Shown here in pieces: positions 26,990-39,137 of a stretch of 64,000 nt of DNA. Each line of letters opens with the position of its first letter. Within the stretch, counting starts at the first letter, position 1. The stretch lies in contig NC_069000.1 in the NCBI RefSeq assembly GCF_001194135.2, positions 13,682,993-13,746,992 of the forward strand, written 5' to 3'. The notes under the pieces were generated by a model. It worked only from the letters and a program-made list of their open reading frames with translations, had not been told where the DNA came from and did no database searches. The position numbers and the translations under genes are program-made. Source of the stretch: Octopus bimaculoides. Lineage: Eukaryota.

Positions 26990-27148
26990 ACGGGCTTCTT
27001 TCAGTTTCCGTCTACCAAATCCACTCACGAGGCTTTGGTCGGCCTGAGGCTATAGTAGAAGACACTTGCCCAAGGTGCCACGCAGTGGGACTGAACCCAG
27101 AACCATGTGGTTGGTAAGCAAGCTACTTACCACACAGCCACTCCTACT
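26990..27148 (-). mobile_element. Family A SINE head copy (little decayed)
   Basis: Near-identical reverse complement of the 28193 head; CpGs are retained. Confidence 0.85.
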
Positions 27149-28192
27149 TACAAATTAAAACTATTTCACTGATATCATAATGACATTTTGGCTTAATAAT
27201 ACGTAGAGGCATGTGGCTTAGTGGTTAAGGTGTTGGGCTCATTATTGTAAGACTGTGGTTTCAATACCTGAACTGAGTGATGCATTATGTCCTTAAGCCA
27301 AACACTTCATTTCATGTTGCTTTAGTCCAGTCAACTGGCAAAAATGAATAATCCTGCAATGGAGTGGGCTCCCAGCCAGGGGCAATGAAGGGGTATACTC
27401 TTTATGTTGCATGATTAGTTTCTCTGTTTGTTTTTTTCATTGTTCGCAAAGACGTTTGTTTTCTATGTTTTGTTTCTATGTTTTCGTTTCTCATTGTGTT
27501 CAAGGTTTTTTTTTATGTCCTGTACCCATATATGCATGTATGTATACATATATATGTAGGTATGTACATATATGTATGGATATATGCATATATTTATATA
27601 TTATTTATATTATATATATACATATATATATATATGCAACGGAAACTAGAAAAAAACAGCCCTTATAAGGCTTGAGAAGGACGCTTTATCCTATTATTGT
27701 TAATAATATGACATTGAAAAAAAAAGTCCTGGGGATCAATTTGTTCATGTAAAAACCCTTCAAGGCAATGCCCCAGCATGGCCACAGTCAAATGACTGAA
27801 ACAAGTAAAAGAAAGACAAGAAAAAAAGATATACATTTATATCCAAAATGGAGACAAACACCAATACTCCATGTGATTGGTTTGAAAAATTGTTAAGATA
27901 TTAAGATATTTTTCTTAACATGAAACCAATGGTAGTCTTAATACACAAAAAAAGAAATTTTATCCACCAATACAGTGTTGAGCATATATATATATATATT
28001 TTTATCTTTCTTTTACTTGTTTCAGTCATTTTATATATATATTGGCATTAGGAAGGGCATCCAGCCAAAGAAACCATGTCAAATCAGACTGGAATCTGGT
28101 GCAGCCCCTCAGCTTACCAGCCCTGGTCAAACTGTCCAGCCCATGCCTGCATAGTCAACGGACATTAAATGACGATGATGATGATATACATA

Positions 28193-28343
28193 TAGGAGTG
28201 GCTGTGTGGTAAGTAGCTTGCTTACCAACAACATGGTTCCGGGTTCAGTCCCACCTTGGGCAAGTGTCTTCTACTATAGCCTCGGGCCGACCAAAGCCTT
28301 GTGAGTGGACTTGGTAGACGGAAACTGAAAGAAGCCCGTCGTA

Positions 28344-28394
<51 letters not shown>

Positions 28395-28604
28395 TTGTGT
28401 GTCTGTGTTTGTCCCTCTAGCATTGCTTGACAACCAATGGTGGTGTGTTTATGTCCCTGTCACTTAGCAGTTCGGCAAAAGGGACCGATAGAATAGGTAC
28501 AAGGCTTACAAAGAATAAGTCCCGGGGTCGATTTGCTCAACTAAAGGTGGTGCTCCAGCATGGCCACAGTCAAATGACTGAAACAAGTAAAAGAGTAAAA
28601 GAGA
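28193..28604 (+). mobile_element. Bipartite tRNA-headed SINE (family A): head, TA/TG microsatellite, tail module
   Basis: GGCTGTGTGG A-box and GGTTCAGTCC B-box, a CORE-like ttgcccaagg segment in complete copies, and a tail ending aaacaagtaaaagagtaaaag. Other copies lie at ~5355-5511(-), 5810-5935(-), 11088-11228(-), 14040-14200(-), 21570-21730(-), 25100-25255, 33240-33385(-), 42530-42680, 52095-52255, 57322-57485(-) and 63300-63640. Confidence 0.85.
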
Positions 28605-28891
28605 ATATATATGACATGCGTTTCTATATTTTGTGTTTATATAAAAATATGACTGAATCTTTCAATGTTCCCACCGAAAGCTGGAGCACTTCAGTCACGA
28701 CAGTTCAATACAATTATTCCTCTACTTCTCTCCCATCACACTGCCTGTGTATGCAGATATCATAGGATGTAAATTAAAATCTGCTAACAACAGTGGCAAC
28801 AATATGATATCGTTAGAGATTTCATTACAATGAAAAGACAGCAACAGCAAAGGAAAGAAGAAAATATATATTAAAAAGCTAAATTACCTAC

Positions 28892-29139
28892 CTCCTTAGT
28901 TTGTCAAACCAGTGACCTTCCCTGTTACCAAGCAGATGTGTATCAGCTATAAACATAGCTTTTAAAGGTTTGTGAGAACTTTGTGTTACAAATATATCTT
29001 TGAACTGACTGTCCAGAGCAGGCCATGTGCAAAAAATAAGCACTATATAATAGTGAAGAAATTCGCAGTAAATCACTAGTAGCACCAGTAGCACTAAAAG
29101 TCTTAGAAGCTTTGCATGCCACATTTGCCGTAATCCCAT
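28892..29139 (-). CDS. MPPE1: Metallophosphoesterase 1 (MPPE1/PGAP5-like), first coding exon
   Basis: ATG at 29139 gives MGLRQMWHAKLLRLLVLLVLLVIYCEFLHYYIVLIFCTWP...KAMFIADTHLLGNREGHWFDKLR. It has an N-terminal TM segment, the CEFL-YY...C-WP pattern and the calcineurin-like DxH motif typical of MPPE1. It ends AGG AG|GTAGGT (phase-2 donor). Confidence 0.93.
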
Positions 29140-29308
29140 TGGTTAATTCCAAAACAAACATATATACAAATAACAGGAATTCAGCCATTTTTCATGCCTT
29201 AAAAAAGGGGGTAGTTTGAATGGACTCGAGCCATAATATGTTCATTCCAGCATCTGGAAAAATTAGAAATATGAATATTAACAAACACTTTTTAAAATNN
29301 NNNNNNNN

Positions 29309-29347
<39 letters not shown>

Positions 29348-29879
29348 AGAACATCAATACGTGTGTGTCCTATCTATGTTCAGCCCCCTGTGGGCAATAA
29401 AGAAACAAATATGTGTGTGTGTAAAATTACAAAACCTTCTACTGGATGAAATAAGGAAATTAACTCATTCTTTATATGTTGTTGAAGGATAATAACAAGG
29501 GGCTAAGTTTTCTCGTGGGCTGCTCAATGGTTTCTTAACCACTCCTAGAGAAGGTATACCTGGTGTCATTCCCTAATCAATAGCAAAGTATATTCAGCTA
29601 TTATATAAAGCAATCATAAATTATGCTAGCACAACAATGGACAGCCTCATTTACATATTTGTATTTTTGATAGCTCATCATTAATTAAGCAACATTTAGT
29701 TTATGTAAAAGATAGTTTGAATCAAAAGAAGTGAAATAAATTTAAATATTACAGAGCCTAGCTGTGGGCAAAATAGTAATGTAAACACATTTCTTCTATG
29801 CTGTTCATGAGCAGAAAATAGAGTGGGAACGTCTCCCAATAGACACATTTCAAATTTATAATCTTTTGATTAAATCTAT

Positions 29880-30135
29880 ATTATTATATATATTCATATA
29901 CATATATATATTCATATATATATACATATATATATATTCATATACATATATATTCATATATTGATATATATATATATTCATATATTGATACATATATATA
30001 TATTCATATATTCATATATATATATGTATATTCATATATTCATATATATATATATATTCATATATATATATTCAAATATTCATATATTCATATATATATA
30101 TTCAAATATTCATATATATATATATAAATATAATG
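29880..30135. repeat. (ATATTCAT..)n low-complexity array
   Basis: Repeated atattcatatat units. Confidence 0.85.
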
Positions 30136-30862
30136 TGTGTGTCTGGACGCATGCATGTGCTGTGTATGCACACACACTCCTCAACTTATAACCTATGCAA
30201 CTTACATCCTCGACCAGTTTTGACCATGCATAAAAACAAAAGAAAAATTTCAATATTCCTACACACTGTATGCGAGCCATTATGCAGCAGCAGCAGTAGC
30301 ATTCGTGTTATTTCTCAGCATCAGTTACACTTCAGCAAGCACATCACAAGTGTCTTGTTCGCATTCTACAGATTCACCACCCACGACTATTGGTATGAAA
30401 GGAAGATTTCTCCAGCTACTAATACACTAGACAAGAAACAGAAGCCACTTGATTTTGGAAGTTAAAATGAAAATACACAGCCAAAATAAAAGAGGGGTGG
30501 AGAGACAGGGAAAGCAAATGTTATTCGATGAAATCTGCAGTTGCTCCATTTAACGATTTCCAATATTCTTAAGAACAAGGAAAGGAGTCTGAGAGGAAGT
30601 AAAAGGTTCGGCCGCCATGCAGTGGGTGTTTACAAAGAATCTTCAAAACATTATTCAGGAAATGGAGAAACTGTTAATGTTTTAAAAGGAAGAGCAGAGA
30701 AGAAATAGTGCACCTACAAGATCACCAACAATTCAAGATAAAGCTAAAAGTATTTTCGAGACAAACAGATGACAAGGAAAACATTTGTGCAAGCATTGGA
30801 TGGTTCAACAACTTTATATCAAGATAAACAAAGTTCTTTATTCATCTAAAATATACTTTCCT

Positions 30863-31040
30863 TCTGTTGTGTCTGAGGAGAGTCATTTTCTTTTTGTGCC
30901 TTATAATTTCACACACTCACCGGTAAAATTTCCACTTATTCCTTATTTTTATTTTCCTAAAATTTTCGTGGAAATTTTACTGGTAAGTGTGTTAAATTAT
31001 AAGGCACAACAAGAAAATGACTTTCCCCAGACACAACAGA
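30863..31040. repeat. 73-bp inverted repeat (fold-back) with 32-nt spacer
   Basis: Arms 30863-30935 and 30968-31040 match at 67 of 73 positions. Confidence 0.9.
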
Positions 31041-31112
31041 ATATGCTTCAACACATGAACTCACATAAAGAATCTTGCAAACCAAATCCAAAAACAAAAT
31101 ACTTTCCTTCAT

Positions 31113-31144
<32 letters not shown>

Positions 31145-31829
31145 NNNNNNNNNNNNNNNNNNNNNNNNNNNNNNNNNNNNNNNNNNNNNNNNNNNNNNNN
31201 NNNNNNNNNNNNNNNNNNNNNNNNNNNNNNNNNNNNNNNNNNNNNNNNNNNNNNNNNNNNNNNNNNNNNNNNNNNNNNNNNNNNNNNNNNNNNNNNNNNN
31301 NNNNNNNNNNNNNNNNNNNNNNNNNNNNNNNNNNNNNNNNNNNNNNNNNNNNNNNNNNNNNNNNNNNNNNNNNNNNNNNNNNGTTCCCCCCCCCTCCCAC
31401 CATCACTTGACAACCAATGTTGGTGTGTTTATGTCACTGAAACTTAGTTTGGAAAAAGAGACTGATAGAATAAGTACTAGACTTACAAAGAATAAGTCCA
31501 GGGGTCAATTTCTTCAACTAAAAAAAAAAAAAACCCCTTTAAGGCGGTGCTCCAGTATGGCCACAGTCAAATGACTCAAACAAGTAAAAGAATACCAAAT
31601 ATTTATTTTGGATTAATAACTTATCTGAATAAAATAGTTGTGCATTAACAAAATTTAGTACACTGCTATTAGATAGGTTCACCTCAACCCATCCACAGAA
31701 GTGGTTTGCATTCTAAGAATCTGTACAGGCATTTCAGAGGTATTACCAATTCCCAACTACCTGTGCATCCCACTGATCTACAACGATATACAATATATAC
31801 TATAGAGACCAGCTGTATACTGACAAGCC

Positions 31830-32950
31830 CATAATATTCACACAGAGATTGTGTATGTGAGGAACAGAGTCAATAGAAAATAAAGAAAATTTCTCCATCT
31901 TTCTATTTTAAGATTAATTTCTGAACAGAAATATGTTTCTCAAAGAGTGCCACAAATAGCTGAAGAATTCATCTTTTAACACATTCAGCTCTGCCGTCAT
32001 CTATATCTCAGTCATTATTGTGAGTTATTCATAGGCCACTGCTGATTTCAGAGAAGTCCATCTTTAGTGTTATCTAATCCATTGTAGTGTAAACATTTAA
32101 AAAAAATTTCTTGGCTATTTGTTCAACTCTAACTGCCACCCATAATGACTTTAAACAACAATATCAATAGTTGTTTGATCAATAATTGTTTAAACTTCCT
32201 CATCGGAGTAATAGTTAGTTCATCAGTAACTGATTAGTCCAATAACAATACATGACAAACATAACTGTAAATTTACACAATTTGACATTATGGAGTTTTA
32301 CCTTTCTATCACTGAATCCTAATGAGAGTGTTAGCTTTCAGATATACATTTACCATTATTAGTGATTTAGACATTGATGTCATTATGCATGCCAGAAAAT
32401 ATCTTCTTTCCTTTAGTGACTTACGAGTTAAATGGGATATTGCAGAACTATACCATTCTTCTTTATCAGTTGTTTTGACGGAGCTGAAGTTTCTAATTAA
32501 TTGGGTTATTCATTTAAAATATTGTCCACAGTAAATGTAATTCGATAGAGCTAAGTCTGTACAGAGATGACAGATTAAATTTTAACCATAGACACTGTTG
32601 TTAATTAGATAGGATTAGGAAAGATTTAATTCTTTCAGAAGCTTTGATCATAGAATCGCTGAGAGTGCAAATGCAAATCAATATTACCATTAATTTAGTT
32701 TCAGGATTTTATGGACCTTCAGTAAACTTAACAAAATAAATCAGTATAGTCACAAAGTCTCTAATCTCTCCACTACCATTGTGAGGACTATCAGTGAAAA
32801 GATTTCCTGTATATCTTCTGATAAGGAAACATTTAACTGTGTTGCATGATTTTATGAAACCTAAAGCTGAAGTGGATTCAGCTGAAATACAATACATAGC
32901 CAGACAGTTACTTCTAAGTCTACAAATACCTGATAAAGAAAGTTTATATG
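31830..32950 (+). mobile_element. Decayed Penelope-like element reverse transcriptase (Naiad-like)
   Basis: Collinear RT motifs across frameshifts and stops: HDKHNCKFTQFDIMEFYLSITE (~32255-32320), DIDVIMHARKYLL (~32370-32410), SCFDGAEV (~32468-32492), LSLYRDDRL (32551-32577), ISEKISCISSDKETFN (~32790-32838). Confidence 0.8.
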
Positions 32951-33877
32951 GTAGAGTCCACCATTTAGTTTCAATGTCAGCTCTAATACTGGTTTCAAAT
33001 TTTGGCACAATGCCAGCAGTTATGTGGAAAGCGGGGTGCTGCACAGTGGGGCTGAGCCCGAAACCATGAGGCTGCAAAGCACCACCTTGAAGAGTTTTAG
33101 TTGAACAAATCAACCCCAGGACTTATTTCTTAAGCTTAGTACTAATTCTATCGGTCTGTTTTGCCAAACTGCTAAGTTACAGGGATATAAACATGACAAC
33201 ACCAATTGTCAAGCAGTGATGGACATACACACACATATATGACAGGCTTCTTTCAGTTTCCATCAACCAAATTCACTTACAAGGCTTTGATTGGTCCAAG
33301 GCTATATGGAAGACACTAGTCTAAGGTGCCACACAGTGGGACTGAACCTGGAACCATGTGGTTAGAAAGCAAGCTTCTTAACATACATAACACTCACAAA
33401 TAACCACAGTATGTTTTTTAGCAGATTTGTACAGGTTTCACTATAACCCTATCTCTGACCTGTCTGTCCATTTTAGTCATTAATATCAGGCTTTATATAA
33501 ACAATCTATACCTATCAGGACTTATATAAACAATCTCCACCCTATCCTACCAAACACAGATACTTCATCGTCACCCCTGTCAATTCTCATAGAATAATTC
33601 ACATAGATAAATACACACGTCTGAATCTATTTTTACTTTTCTATCTATACATATATTTTGATTATAGCATTTACACTTACATGTATCACTCTTTACACCC
33701 ATTTATATTGTACATTTGAGTAAGTATGTTCATATATCTACATGTAAGTATATATGTTTACGTATGTGTATTTATGTGCACATTTATGTGTAGAAGTGCT
33801 ACATGTATGTATAAATCTATACATATGCATGGGCCATGACTGGCATATATATATCTATATAAGTGCAAGCATATGGT

Positions 33878-33928
<51 letters not shown>

Positions 33929-34096
33929 CTCAATAACACTGACCCCAGTACTCAACTGGTACTTAATTTATCGACCCCGAAAGGATGAAAGGCATAATTG
34001 ACCTTGGTGGAATTTGAACTCAGAACATAATGATTGGTGAAACACTGATAAGCATTTCGCCCTGTGTGCTAACAATTCTGCCAGCCCGCCACCTTG

Positions 34097-34560
34097 TTTT
34101 CCAAGGGTAATAACGCCAGAGCAATGATGTTTCGCCTTCACTATACACTTGCTTTGTTGTTCACGTTTTACCAGCAGTAATTATAGTAAATTCATCCACG
34201 AATTTCCAAACAAACTCATAATCAGCAGACAGATTATCACGACAAATCTTTAAATATTTAATACCATGCCTTTTAGATTTTCGTAACCAGCCTTGTGAAT
34301 ATTCACAGTTACCATCCATATTCAGTTCGTTATGAGAGATTTTCGCCTGTTTATGATCATCCGTCCATTAGGTGGCATATATTATCACAACAGAATAGAT
34401 GTATCTATTCCATCAATATACAAGATCATCATATTTGGTTCCATGCAATTTTCCGTCTTTCTTTTTCAATTTATTTTTAAACCCTTGTTCATTAATTTCA
34501 GTTTTAAACTTCAAAGTTTGTCCTGTTTTAACTCTTTAACATTCAGATTTGTCAAATGTA
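34097..34560 (-). mobile_element. Tigger/pogo (Jerky/TIGD-like) transposase fragment
   Basis: Hand translation gives YMPPNGRMII..AKISHNELNMDGNCEYSQGWLRKSKRHGIKYLKICRDNLSADYE..KFVDEFTII...QVYSEGETSLLWRYY: a CENP-B HTH and the start of the DDE domain, with frameshifts and stops. Confidence 0.85.
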
Positions 34561-34845
34561 ATGCTTTTTTATTCATATTGTCACTCTCAAAGGCTGTACA
34601 TTTCCAAGAGACTTTCAGAGTGCTTTCTGGAATTTTTCCATTTCTGGTGCTTCTTTTATTCTTGAAAATTTTGTATTTTGGAGGTTTTCAGATAAAGGAT
34701 TGTGGGTGATTGTGTATATGTGTGTGTGTATACACACACATACATAATCAGGGATTATTTGGTAGTTTTCAGATTTCAAAGATATAATTCTTTATTTTTG
34801 GAATGACCTTGTAGGGTAGGTGGGAGACACTGGACCTGGGGTTGC

Positions 34846-34879
<34 letters not shown>

Positions 34880-36533
34880 AAGTAAGTGAAATAACGACCC
34901 CACTCCAGTCATATAACAGCCTCTCCTTTCCGTGCCACCATTGTCATCCAAGGGAAAGGCAAAGGCTAATACAGGTTGGCACCAGTGATGTCGCAACTCA
35001 TTTCTACAGCTGAGTGAACTGGAGCAATGTGAAATAAAGTGTCTTACTCAAGAACATAATACACAGCTTGATCCAGAATTCAAACTCACTACCTCATGAT
35101 TTTAAGCCTGACGCTCTAACCACTGAGCCATGCACCCTATATATAAATATATATACTTTAAAGTGGGGCTGATATAGGTGTGGATATATTCATATATAAA
35201 AACATGGGAACAAAAATATATTTTTATACATGAATATATACACATCTATATCAGCATATATCTAGAACAGAATTTGAAGAATATTTATAAACAAACAGTA
35301 AATATCTAAAACAGATTTTGAAGAATTTTTAGAAACAAACAGCAAACACACTCTATCTTCATAAAATTCCTATATATCAATCAAATTGTTTACAGAACAA
35401 TGAACACACAGAGAGAAATATATAGACAAACAACCTTTTCCCAAATACTCTTGTGAACATCAAAGTACACGAGGAACAATTTTCTATACTAACAAAGCCA
35501 TGATATACCTAACAAATAACCCCTACCACACAAATAAAAACAAGAAACACCTTAAAACCAAGTAAAGAAATGACCAACCAAAACTTACCACCTGCCTACA
35601 TCCCTTTGGAAAAAAAGTTGGCACATCCAATTATTAAGGGCTTAAATACTGAACTTTGTACCTTTCACCTTTATATTATCAAAGCAAAAGGATTAAATCC
35701 AATAATACCAAAAGCAACAAAAACACTGTCACACTTTGTGCTTACCTAAAAAAGAGGAACACTTACACAGTTGTTTATTAAGTTCTACATACATGAATAA
35801 ATTCTAAACAATAACACAACTCCAAACTTGATAAAATTTTCTCCATAACACTCAAAAAACCTAATTACGACTCCACCCAAGGAAGAGTGTAACTCAATAG
35901 AGACTATATAAAAGCAAGACTAATCTAATGCATCACAATCTAACAATGGCTTATCTGGCCAAAACTTCAAAGTCACTGTGAACAACATTCTTGTTTCAGA
36001 AAAATAACACAGAAAATGGACACTAAAATGATGATGATGATGATATATACACATTTTCAAATATACACACAGACACACACACAAGCACACATACTCCAAG
36101 TGTACATGAGCTCCAGATCAGCTTTCATCAAGCAGACATTTACTGTGTTTATTACATTTTCCTATAAATCCTTTTTTCTAAAATCCCAAAATCATAATGT
36201 GATTTGAATGAAATTTGGCTGTTATTTTAGCAACTCTAGTTCCCTTGTTGGCTACTGTGTGTGTGTGTGTGTGTGTGTATAAATATATAGGGGAAGAATT
36301 CACAAAAAAAGCAAAAGACGAAGACAGGTGGTGTAGACAACAAACAGATGTATTAGTATAATGCTCGGGAAGTGAAAAGGTCTTTAAGGTTTCGAGCCTA
36401 CGCTCTTCCACAGAAAGGAACACAGAAAGAAACAAGGAGAGAGAAAAAGAATGTGTAGTGGCTAGCAATCTATCATGGTAATTAATCCAACCCAAGCCAG
36501 CATAAACAAACATTAAATGATGATGATTGTATA

Positions 36534-36574
<41 letters not shown>

Positions 36575-37445
36575 ATACACACATGCACACACAATTACTG
36601 TTTCAGTCACTGGAGTGCAGCTTTATTGGGGTACCACTCTCAAGAGTTTAGGAGATCATGGCACACCCAATACTTACTTCAGTTTTGCACTTGTTTCATC
36701 AGACAACTTGTTTGCTGAGCTATTTCAGTTAGAAGACATAAAGAGACATAACATAAAGAACATCAACACACTCACATACACATTATGAAATGGCTTTATT
36801 CACAATTCCCATCAACAAAATGCACATATAGTATATGGTAACAGGGAATGCATATGCTGGCAAAATCCATCTTCAGCTGAGCTGACACACTTGAAGAAAT
36901 TAATAAATTAGTGTTTATGGTGTTATGTGTGTGTGCACGTGTGCACACATGCACACACTCACAGGGAAAGATAGAAAGGTATACACATGTACATAGACAC
37001 ACCTGCTGTGTGCTAGTACCTGTTAATCAATAAAATGAAAACTATATTTTATTATACCATTATTTTAAATAGAGCAAACGCACACACACATGCAGACACA
37101 CACATTGGATCAAGCTACAAGGTTATGGAACACGTGTTCTTATACAAAAAATAACTTGGTTCACAAATATATATATAGCTCACATGAGGCTAAAAACCTG
37201 GAAAAATATATTTATAGTGTCCCTTCTTTCTCATTGCTTGACAACTGGGCTTCATATATATTTTTTAAGGCCAAATAGCTTAATAGTTTGGCAAACAGAG
37301 ACAACAGAAGTACTGAAGCTGATTTGATTGACTTCACCCTTCAAAAGGGTGCTCCAGCATGTCTGCAGTACAGTGACTAAAACAAGTAAAAGAATAAAAG
37401 AAATACATACATATAAATATATATATATATATATATAATTTATAC

Positions 37446-37505
37446 TAAGGGCATTACTATACATAAATGCCTCACGCTATACATTTATGTATAGTAATAC
37501 TCTTA
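37446..37505. repeat. 60-nt hairpin (24-bp stem, 12-nt loop)
   Basis: TAAGGGCATTACTATACATAAATG / CATTTATGTATAGTAATACTCTTA; 17 contiguous perfect pairs. Confidence 0.9.
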
Positions 37506-37717
37506 ATATAAATAAATATATTTAAAGGGAATAATTAATAAATTTTTCCCTTATGAGGTTTTTCACGCTAACTACTTGATAAATTATTATAAAGATTTTA
37601 TCCTATTTTTAAATTGTATATATATATATATATATATATAACCAAAAATACACACACATATCTAAATATATACATGTATGTATATAGATATATATTTGTA
37701 TATGTATCTATCTATAT

Positions 37718-37774
<57 letters not shown>

Positions 37775-38307
37775 TATAAAACACACACAAATATATAGAC
37801 ATCTACTTATATATACATAAAAACATGTGTAGCCCTATATTTTGTATGTATACACAAATATTCCCACATCCTGAAGAAAACGAAAAGTAATCTGAAAATG
37901 ACATTTGAACTTTACCAGTTGAAAATGACCTTTGAACTTTACTAGGCAAGACACATAATCTGTGACATCAACCTTCAGGAAGGAAGGATATAACAGACAT
38001 ACTGCAGAATTTAAACACGTCTATTGTAGAATGCTTCTGCTTAAATACTTCCATTTATTAAATACCTTCATTCTTTTAGTCAAAATGTATACAGTTCATA
38101 TATGTAATTCATTATTTCAGGAACAGAAATGTTTATTCCTTTCAATTTATGTTAACAAATTTTGATAACGACAGTATTTATGTATTATCTTTATCGATTA
38201 ATCATTAATTTAAATTTTCACATTGAATAATTTAAATGCAAATATTCGGTATAATGCACGTTTCAATCATTGAATTTTCCTCCAAATGGTTAAATTTTTT
38301 TTATTAA

Positions 38308-38488
38308 CCCTTTAGCATTTAAACCAGTCATATCCAGCCCAAATATTCTACCTGTTTTATGTTCAAACTGGCCTCTCAACCTACCCTACAATATCATCCT
38401 AAAATAAAGAGTCACATCGTTGAAATCTCAAAGCTACAAAATAATGCATGATTAATTCAAAACATTGTGAATGAATAATAGGAAAGGG
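38308..38488. mobile_element. piggyBac-type MITE (shorter relative)
   Basis: TTAA|CCCTTTAGCATTTAAACC ... AAAGGG|CTAA; the internal sequence is similar to 603-822. Confidence 0.7.
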
Positions 38489-38769
38489 CTAAACTTCTAG
38501 ATAAACATTTTTAACACCACAAATATTACATATCCAACAGAAATAGATTAAATTCTCTTGAACCATGCACTATTTTGCATAAATAATCACCTCTTTACGA
38601 GCAACCAAACTAAAAAGAAATATTCACCTGAACAATGCAAGCTCTACATATAACTACAATTGCACCAATAGCTATGTATGTCCCTCAAAGTACAATGTCT
38701 GACTAAAGAATTTGTCTACAAGGCTGCAGTACAAACTAATTCATGTTCTCAAACCTTTATGGATTTTAA

Positions 38770-39137
38770 CCCTTTAGTGTTTAGACCAGCTACAACCAGC
38801 CGAAAATTATTCCCCTTTATTTGTTTGAACCAGCCAAATCCAGCCGTATCTGATTTCGCTACAAAATCGCTCAAAAAAAAATAAATAAACCATATTATTG
38901 AATTCTCATAACTTTGAGATAATGCGAGATAAAGCCTTTCCCATCTTTATTCAAGTAAAAATATGGTGAAATTTTTGAAACTTCTTGGTTTTTTTCAACA
39001 TTTGAAGAGAAGAGTGTATCTTAGTTTTTAATGATACAGCATCAGCAATTAGCGATTCTGATGTACTGTTGGTGATGTACAAAATATAAAGAAAAACAAC
39101 ATGCTGACATGAATGGATTAATCTGAACACTAAAGGG
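38770..39137. mobile_element. piggyBac-type MITE
   Basis: TTAA|CCCTTTAGTGTTTAGA ... TCTGAACACTAAAGGG|TTAA: TTAA TSD, CCC/GGG termini, 16-bp TIR with 1 mismatch. Confidence 0.85.

Noticed and set aside
26160-27117. Long ORFs across the gap (also 30957-31413, 39756-40531, 50136-50546)
   Set aside because: Open only because of N runs.
32709-33113. 134-aa and 91-aa overlapping ORFs as host exons
   Set aside because: Explained by the PLE relic plus adjoining SINE sequence.
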